From Lingula anatina (Eukaryota > Animalia > Brachiopoda): DNA of 64,000 nucleotides. The DNA lies in the NCBI GenBank assembly GCA_051362555.1, contig CM120640.1:5766001-5830000 (forward strand), given 5' to 3'. Shown one piece after another: positions 55,459 through 64,000 of this stretch. The translations under genes and the position numbers were made by a program. The number at the start of each line of letters is the position of its first letter. Position 1 is the stretch's first letter. The notes below the pieces were generated by a model. That model had not been told where the DNA came from and did no database searches. It was given only the letters and a program-made list of their open reading frames with translations.

Positions 55459-58400
55459 TCAACTCACGTTTGTAAATTTTAAATCTGTTCTTTTTGGCGG
55501 GCCTCTATTCGTCACAACAAGAAATTGGCCTAACAACTCGGACGGACGGCTTGCAAAACGAATAGAAGGATCTTGTTCACAGTCACCATTATGCAGGAGC
55601 TCTCTCTCCACTAACTCCAGCGCTGCCTGGCGGCGGTACCAAAAAGTAATACTAACATCATGCCCCCAGTAATAGTTATTGAATCTAGGTATTTCTAAAT
55701 CTCCTCCTCGTCCAATAAACATAGCAGAATTTTGTCCATGTTTTACCTCCTGCGGAGCCGTCGATTTTTCTGCTAAGCTGACGCGGTTGTTGTCCGCCGG
55801 GTAAAAGAGAACTTTACTCAAAAATTCACTTTTTCTTGATATATTACGTTGCTCGAAGTCGAAGACGCCTATTGCTCCACGAACTGCAATGATAAATATA
55901 ATAATTTTTTATTTTGAAATCTTTTATTGACACAATACAATATTCTATTAAATGGTTCATTGAACTTTAATGGCGATTTGCAACAGCAATATAAGTTCAT
56001 ATGTAAGTATCTTTATTTAATTGGGTAAATATATGTGCTGTCATCCCCACGCACCTGATACACATCTACAGACGCTGGGGTCAAACGCTGCTCCCTTCCC
56101 ACACGATTTCTGACAGCAAGTTTTGTCACATTTTGTCACTCCAGGCTCACAGTTGTAGACAGGCTTCAGGAAGTACTCTGTGACCAGATTGACGTGAGGA
56201 CAGTATGAAAAACCGCCAAGACAGCAGCACGCTACAAATACATTATACACTTTTTATCACCTAAATATAAAATCTCTCTCTCTCTCTCTCTCAACAAGTA
56301 AATATCTATCGTTTCATTTTGGGCTAGACCGTTATTTGTAAATGTCAGGTGTAAATGGGGTGTTGTGCCTTACTGTCTGTATTTATGAGGTCCTCCGCAC
56401 TGTGGCAATGGTCGGTTGGAGGCCAGTCTGAAGGTAATAAAATACATTGTTACATTGTTTTAGTAAAACTACCATGAACACATTGAACCAGAATGTCAAC
56501 TTATTTACAAATTATGTTAAAATTAAATTAGATTTTTTCTTTGATTTTCAGTTAAATTAATGTTTACGAAAAATCCTGTATTGAAATTGCATTAGAACGT
56601 CACAGTCCTTCTTTGCTTACCCTTCCCATTTTTCAATTCTTTCGGACCTGATAGAAAGAAAATAAAAATTTGTCACACGAAAACAGAAATTTTACAATTG
56701 GTTTTCATACTAGAAGTCATATTCATACTAACATGATCTTTGCCGTTTGCCACCCCAGCGTATCTACAACCAAGAGTTTTCGTCACTACCTTCGAGGTAG
56801 TTGGCCGCAATGCTAAGTACTTTATTTTATAGGCTACAGATGAATTAGACATATTATTTTCAGTTATCTACGAAAGTTATGGTGGGAAATTATTTAAAAA
56901 AATCATTACTCTTTTAAACATTTAAAACGTTATCATGACAAGATGACAATGAATTTCGATTGGGGAGACTGAAATATTAAACAAGAAAGCAAAGCTGTCA
57001 GATGTACAGGTTATGTTGTAAAACTGCAATTCAACCTTAAACTTTTGCGCCAATTAGTCGCCCCCATGGCTTAACACATTTTAAAAAGCATCGAAATCAT
57101 TAGGTCTAATACAAGATAATCGAATCCAAATCCCCAAATATAGTGATAAATTTATAGAAAATTGACAATGCCATAAATACATTTAGGACTAGGCGCCAAT
57201 GACTGCGAGCACGACGCGGCTGCACAGCTGACGCATACTGGGTTCTCGTAAAGCGTTCCTGGCGCGCACTGGCGGCGTTTGGCCACAATTCGCAAGTCGG
57301 CGTCCCGGTCGCATTGCAAGTAGTTACGGCAGTCGCAGGGGTCTTCATAATAACCGACTCCGTTCCTTGTCTCAATGCACTTCTTGCAAAATTCTGCGGA
57401 AAAAGAGAACGGAATGTGCTAATGAAATTCTACACTAATAGTATGTGAGTTTTAAAGTTAGGCCGTGTCATGGTGACATGAAATTATAGTTCATACTCAA
57501 GGTTGATAATTGTATGTAAATGAAGACAATGTCAGGTAGGCGTCAGACAAAATGTTGAAGAACTGTTCTCAGGATATAATTTGGATTTTGATTAAGAACT
57601 TCCAAAGACACTCCACCTCATGTTGTGGCGAGTTGGCGCAATCCCCTTTTTCCTTCTATTTGAAAAATATGTATGGAAACGTGCCTTAAAAATTGCTGTG
57701 GTCCTTCAAATACAATGGGCCCATGGTGTCGCAAATCATGTGTCGGTTCACTTAATGGATTTTTCTGACAGGACACTTAATATGCCGGTTGTCAGTCATC
57801 GTAAATCACATAAAATGCTTTAAAAGTTAATACACGCTGCTAGTCACGTTTGAATAGATCATTAACTGAATTGCTTTGCATTTATTAAGTAAAAATAACG
57901 TGAAATAACGTGAAATCAATTTATACCGAAAAAAAGAAAGGAAGAAGGACCGATCTAAAATTAAGAGTGCTTTGTTTAAAAAAAAACGAAAATATTTTCT
58001 CGGTTACTTGTACGCAAAGACAAATATTGGAACAGACAATACTTTCACGTTATAAAATTATGAATTTAGTTGAAATTCGACTTCGAGATTATAACTGTAT
58101 GCAGACCGCGGAGAAAGCCTGTCGGCCGAAATTTTCAAGTTAAGACGATGATTAATTTGACTGCTGTTGGGATTTATCATGACATTTGAATATCATGTAA
58201 AAACAAAGTAATTCATTTGTGTGACTTTTTCTACATACATGTATGATAAAAATCCATATACATGTATGATTGATATTCCATAAAATGTATAATGGATAAA
58301 TGTATTCTAGGTGCACAATCGCCTTACCTGCTGCGTTTAGGAGGATAGAGCTGTTGCTGGGGTCCTGGAACAAAATCAAGCACAGTGCTATTTAAAATTA

Positions 58401-59922
58401 ATACATGTTTATTTCTCTTGTTATGTAATGACTCCCGCCACGCACACGCACAGAAAAATACAGATTTTTGTTTGTTTGAGATACAAACATCAATCTTTTT
58501 TGTGTGTGTGCTGTTGATGTCACAATGTTCATGTTTCTAACTGAAGCAACTGGTACGGTAGGCTCCAACCATCAGGATTAAAATACCCTTTTCACGTCGA
58601 ATAATATACTTTGAGCGATACATACTGTACCGGTTCACTTTGAGAGGTCCCAACACACTACACGGGAGTCAACTCCCATTTACAAGTCCCACAAGTGCGC
58701 TTCCTGCGTCGAGGGCAGAGGTTGCGTTTCGGTGTCTATCTTACGTAATATCCAGGTTATTTTAATGATCAAAAGTTGTCAATCAGTGAAGTCGGTGTAT
58801 CATGAATGGAAGTCCTAGGAATGGAAGTCCGGGCTCCCATACGATTAGTACGGTTCCTAGCGGACTTCCATTCCTGTTACACCTGTTCATGTGAAAAGGA
58901 ACAAAGTCTCACCTTCGTGCGTGATATTTAGTATCAATGTCTAGCATTGATGGATTTTAGACAAAGCATTTTCAAGTCACATCACTAAATATTCCGTGTT
59001 CATTTTTGAAAAAAAAATCTGCTTCCCCAGGCCTTGAAGTGTACGTGCACGACAACCACAGCAAGTTGCACAGAAGCTAAATATACAGTGTCGTTTTTTC
59101 TTTATATGTTGTGCAATTCTTAAATTTCAAAGAAACTATGCGGTTCATTTATAAGCACTGGTGTTAGGGTGAACCACGTTGAAACACACAGACATGCACA
59201 TGCACACACGAACTCTCTCTCTCATACACACACAAATACACACATACAATAGTCGCACACCTGCAAGTTTATGTACCTTATCACAGCTGAATTCTATTCC
59301 TGACCCTACTGGTGAAGGTGGTGTTGTTGCTAAAGCAGGCAGACGCTGAGCAAGGGAAGACACTGACTGAAACTCATCTTGGGAGTCTGCATTGATGACC
59401 TGTCTCTTAAGACGCCGAGAACTGTCCTCGCGTAGGGCATACGGGGTACACGTCGACTTTTGGTTACCCATACACAAACACATTAGTGCAATAAGAAAAA
59501 CTGTAAGACCAAAATGAAAATAAAATAAAATAAAATAATCCAAAGATCATTATTTGGACGCTAGCAGAATATATTTTTGAAGTTAAAATGTTAGCTTATT
59601 GCCAACCTAAATTTAAAGATTACGATAATGATAATCATTACAGTTTCAAGGGTTGGTGAAATTTAATATAGATTAACTGTTGAAACTTCCAATGCAGAAA
59701 GACTTGACATTAGTGTCCGAAATATCGTATTTATACTTATCAAATAATTATTTTACCACCTTCGCTTTAAGATCGAAGGTAGATGGACGGTAAATGATTT
59801 TGATCTCGTTTTCGACATTTCCATAAACGTTAAATGGCAATTTCATTTTTCCAAATCACCCCAAAAATTTCCTAATAAATATTTTAACTCAGTTCGTCTT
59901 GCACATATTGTATGCAGTCGTA

Positions 59923-59998
<76 letters not shown>

Positions 59999-60379
59999 CA
60001 CGACTCGCTTTGTTTTCACACTCAATTTTCTTCCGCCCTGAAAATCTTATATTTAGCGGAATGTAAATGAAAGATACAAATATATCTGTAAATATCTAAA
60101 ACTATTTTGAGATGCTCGGAAAATACGTGTATCAGTGTTGGCATGACGACAAACTAATGGTAGATAAGGACTGTTAAAGAAATCAAAGAAAAACTTTAGA
60201 TTGTTTACCCCTTTTCCTAACCATGAACTGTCACTTATAAGAAAAACAGACCAGTCTATCACAATTTTTCTCATTCTTACTAATAGAAACAAGAGTATGC
60301 AAGAAAATAAATAACAGGGGGTATAGTATGTCAACTATTTCAACAAATTGTAGTACCTACCTTGTGTCTGGAACGACAT
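53738..60379 (-). CDS. Secreted chitin-binding (CBM14/ChtBD2) + laminin-G domain protein, Pif/LamG3-like biomineral matrix family, ~493 aa
   Basis: Phase-consistent exons 60379-60361, 59500-59277, 58364-58328, 57393-57181, 56647-56621, 56427-56374, 56231-56055, 55883-55468, 55125-55014, 54669-54551, 53821-53738 (1482 nt). Signal peptide MSFQTQVFLIALMCLCMG; RRLKR furin-type site; CBM14-like GVGYYEDPCDCRNYLQC...CAPGTLY; Cys-rich ...CGKGAAFDPSVCRC; LamG-like LEIPRFNN..SITFWY..LLHNGDC...FLGHVDDLQIYDRSL. Confidence 0.82.
54050..54512 (+). mobile_element. 5'-truncated LINE (L2/CR1 group): ORF2 C-terminus, 3'UTR and (TTA)n tail, antisense in last intron of the LamG gene
   Basis: Translation LAPSYLNELVLHYVPSRNLRS...YGDKAFKFAAPKEWNILPISLRQ...FKKELKTHLF* is the characteristic L2/CR1 ORF2 end. 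Tail tattattattattatt at 54485-54512. Confidence 0.85.
58794..58883. mobile_element. Tiny inverted-repeat element (MITE remnant)
   Basis: ggtgtatcatgaatggaagtcc ... ggacttccattcctgttacacc inverted arms, with an internal duplicate of gaatggaagtcc. No clear TSD. Confidence 0.5.
59925..59993. repeat. (TA)n microsatellite
   Basis: About 34 uninterrupted TA units. Shorter (TA)n at ~54970-55003 and (AAT)n at ~55426-55456. Confidence 0.95.
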
Positions 60380-60613
60380 GTTGCCTGAAAAGAGAAGCAT
60401 ATGCCTTTCTCAGCGATTCACAGTACGATGTAACTTCACCATTCTGGCATCTACACATGTTTCGTTGCCTAATGAGGTCAAATGATTAATTAATTTATCT
60501 GACAATCGCACAGAAGCGGTATAGAAACCTTCCTCAATTAGTTAACTTTCATTGTTAAGGACAGGTGACTAAGGGGTTTTTTATCCAACGACTTGATGCG
60601 ATGTCATGGAGTA

Positions 60614-60877
60614 TAAGGGAGCGTTCAGATAAACCCATCGTACCGGCAGGATCGATCTATTTCTGAGGGGATTCTCGCTTAGTACACTCCATATAATTAG
60701 CTTGATTGTCTGGCCTGCCCCTCCAGAAACCAGGTGGTAATATATTATATTTCGTAGCTTCTGGAGGGGGCGGGCCAGACAATTAAACTGATTCCATTGA
60801 GCGTATTTAGGTGAGGATCCCCGCTGAGAGAGATCGAGCCTGCTGGACCGACAAGTTTTAATCTGAACACAGCTTTA
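60614..60877. mobile_element. Fold-back (almost wholly palindromic) MITE
   Basis: Arms of ~115 bp pair imperfectly: gttcagat/atctgaac, gcaggatcgatct/agatcgagcctgc, attgtctggcctgcccctccagaa/ttctggagggggcgggccagacaat. Short AT spacer; TAA/TTA flanks. Confidence 0.75.
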
Positions 60878-61008
60878 GAGTTATGACCTCCACCGAGGTT
60901 GTAATTGTTAAAACCAGATCATATAGGTCATAAAACTTTTAATTATTAGAAATGACAATACCTTTGTTGCAAATAAGAGAGTAGAACGAGTAAATGTCGC
61001 CAAAATCA

Positions 61009-61396
61009 CCTGCTGATTCAAGCGGTCCTTTACCGGGCTTGACGCTTAGCTTCGACACACCTGGATCAAGACATTTTCATTTCTCTTCGAGTTGAACACT
61101 GACTTTTAACTTATACCCGAGGTTGTGCGAAGTTCATACAGTTCAAGAAGAAAAGCAAAAAGCTTGGGCACAAGATCGGGCTGATAACATCCCGAAAACC
61201 AGCCAAGCATTGTTATCTTAATGCTGGAAGAAAGTTTGCATGATGTTAAGAAGATGACAAATGAAGACCATGCCCCATGTTTGTCTACGTCGCTCATTGC
61301 GTGCCCTGTCACGTGAAGTCTCTCTGGGGCACGGTTAGCAAAGGCGATTGATGTGCTCTACTATCCTGAGCCTGGTATTTGGCAGTTTTTTTATAA
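61009..61396 (-). promoter_or_regulatory. Candidate non-coding first exon and TATA box of the Pif/LamG3-like gene
   Basis: Minus-strand donor CAG|GTGATT at ~61009 and minus-strand TATAAAA at ~61389-61395. An acceptor ttttcag lies just upstream of the ATG exon (60385-60386). Confidence 0.35.
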
Positions 61397-63484
61397 TCTC
61401 TCGCCCTGAGTTCCTCCATTAACACAGACTAGTACAATGCACCAGAAATACAGGTTATCAAAGTGTATCGTTTGTATTCATTTTGATGAATAACTTCAGT
61501 TCACGCGTGACAAAAACGCGTCCCCTCTTTTTCTTGCAAATCATTGTAAAAACATTTTAAAACGGTTGTTTTTAGGTGTTGTTTTGGTAACATCTATAAT
61601 ACTATATTATTACTATTATTGCTCCTATTCTATTTGTTTCTGGTATTAGAGCTACAGCTGTAAAATCATTTCTGATAAATTTTGGAGCAATATTTGAGCT
61701 TTTACCTGTATGTTGTCAAATCGACATGAAAATGGAACGAGATTAATTCCTATTAATTCCTATCATTAATAAAACTGGCGAAATAAATGAACAGGACCAG
61801 CTTACATGTATGTCATTTGAAAATACCTTGTCAAAGCGGACTTCGACGTCAGCAGAGTACACATGTCCGAGGATTTGCTCTGAATAACATTTTCCGTTAT
61901 TTAATTAGTACATATAAAAACATAATTCAAACTTGAATTAAATGTTGAAGATTTTTCTCAAAAAGTCAACATGACAGCCCCTTACTATTTACCAAGTTTT
62001 GTCGAAGATGGAAAAATATCAACTTTTTTTTCAAACTGGAGGCATGATTTGCCCTCAAACTCGCATAAAAACAGTCACGTATCTACAAAACGCAATGTTA
62101 CAGATTAAACGCAGCACGCACATTCTTAAGTTCATTGACGTAGGTCAAGGAGTAGACCGCCACCGAGAAGAACAATATTCTTTTGTTTTAAATGCCGTCG
62201 AATTCTTTTGTGAACTTCAGCGCTTTCCTTAAAGACGAATCAAATGTCGTTAAGTGGTACGCAGTATAACAATTTCCTTCTTTATTCTATTATTTTTTTA
62301 TCAATGAAATTTGCTCTCAAACTTCAGTCAAAACATCGGAAAACATCGGCTTTTTTTCTTCCCGTGATATCAAATACCTTAATTGTTACTGTGAACGCAC
62401 TATAGTTGGAGGACAATTTGTTTTGTATAGAAAATTACTTTCATAATTAAGTCACACCAAGAGGATAAATCTTGGAAAAATACAAACATTGATTTGCGTG
62501 CAAATTCTTTTTCATCTTTATATACTATCTTCCTTTCATATTTGCCGTAATTTCTGTTTTTTCTTTTTATTTCTCTCTCTCTCTTTCTGCTAGGCCAGTT
62601 AGCAACAATCTTATATTTTGGTTACACGTGCGCTTGTACAGGAGAGGATAAAACGCAGGCCATGATTTGCTGTTTCATCTCAAAAAGTGAATGTTTTCGC
62701 AGGTCATTTAATAGCAGCTCCTTCCCGACATCGGTTTTTTACAAGTCAAAATGGTTACCTGTGGTTCGTCATGCTACAGGTCACCCAGATCGTGTCTGTG
62801 TTTTCATGTCGTCTTGGCGACGGTGATCGGCATCAATAGTGTCTCCTTTGTCAAATTTAAATCCGCCTGGGGTTTATCTAGAATATCTATAACAGCGTAT
62901 CAATACCGCGTGAATTAGATTGAGGACCTAAGAGGGCAAAATCGACAGCATCAGTACGTTTAGGTTGTACACGTATTAATCTTTTTGGTTTTGGTGGAAC
63001 GGGTTTTCATCTTTTCGTCTTTCAACAAGATCTACGTTAAGTGTAGTTTGACCCACGATATCCCAGTGTTTGTGTAGGAAATGGGCCATTGAAGCGACAA
63101 TGGGTTAATTGTTCACCTGCTTACCTGGGCATACCGTAAGCCCTACGTACGTAACATCGACAACGAAGCGTTTTTCTTTAACAGCCTCACTCTACGAGTT
63201 GTCTTTTAAGGACTGCTCACTTGGATACGGTAAACATGCTGGGGACACGTGTGTGCGAAAGTTGGCACCCTGCCTGAATACTGTTTACAGATATGATAGA
63301 AAGTGATTTCTTAAAGCCCTATGGTGATTTGAGTTGACTTCAATCACACAGAGGTCATCCTCGAGGCATTTTCGCGAACCACTAGTACAGATGTGATGGC
63401 TTCTATGGATTACTATCACCAACATTAGGAGATGTGTTCACTAAACAGGGAAACGCCACCCTGACTATAATTTTGAACGGGACC

Positions 63485-63913
63485 ATGGGTCCTACGAGTT
63501 CAGATGGAGGGCACACAGATGGCGTGCTCGACAAGTTAGAAGAAACTAAGGCAGATATTTACATCTACCAAGTCCGTCCAGTAGTCCCCACAGAGAGGAG
63601 GCCGGACATCCAAGTGACAGTGAAAGTAATCTCAAACAATGATCAGTGGAATCAGCACTGTTTTAAAATCCCTGTCAGAACTGAGACCACTGTCGACGAG
63701 GCCAGAAGACGCCTCGGAAAGAAACCAAAAACAGTGCTCGGCACACCGGACTACGCCTTCTTGGCACATGGAAAACATATTCCAAAAGAGAAAGAGAAAG
63801 ATTTAAAAGTCATTGACATTCTTCCTAAACTTCTGAAAGATCTGCCCCAGAAAGGAGATAAAAGCAGTTTCCTGTTCCGGGGAAATGACGGACAATCAGT
63901 CGAATACAAAAAA
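63485..63913 (+). CDS. Coding exon of an unidentified gene, possibly containing a ubiquitin-like (beta-grasp) domain; continues past the right edge
   Basis: Long open frame with accATGg Kozak at 63485 (or acceptor aaacag at ~63448) and donor AAA|GTAAGT at 63914. The pattern IQVTVKV...FKIPVRTETTVDEARRRL...YAFLAHGKHI..EKEKDLKVIDIL resembles Ubl/RA-type folds. Confidence 0.55.
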
Positions 63914-64000
63914 GTAAGTAAACAGCTTAGTATTTCATCATCATTGGACACTGAAAGTATGTACTAAACTTAAAATGTAATGTGAAAATAGACATACACA

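Overview
AT-rich, intron-rich animal genomic DNA, probably lophotrochozoan/molluscan (inferred from a Pif/LamG3-type shell-matrix gene and mollusc-style Helentron elements). It is not prokaryotic, and most ORFs in the supplied track are spurious. Hand-spliced gene content: (1) a signal-peptide coding exon of a probable semaphorin (- strand, 80-233, continuing off the left edge), with about 25 kb of non-coding sequence upstream; (2) a complete 28-exon EXOC4/Sec8 (+, 31309-43834); (3) a convergent TNIP2/ABIN-2 (-, 45909-51708) with a dense NF-kB/NRF1 promoter; (4) an 11-exon secreted chitin-binding + laminin-G protein of the Pif/LamG3 type (-, 53738-60379); (5) a coding exon of an unidentified, possibly ubiquitin-fold, protein (+, 63485-63913). 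The most striking non-coding structure is a 4.3-kb nested transposon (26318-30647). It is IS3EU-like, has a 6-bp TSD and long inverted arms built of 20-bp repeats with arm-specific higher-order periods, and carries a Helentron/HINE with a 159-bp satellite array plus a 5-bp-TSD MITE. EXOC4 shows a candidate 15-nt microexon and two duplicated 3' splice-site regions. All family assignments come from recalled sequence knowledge; no searches were run.
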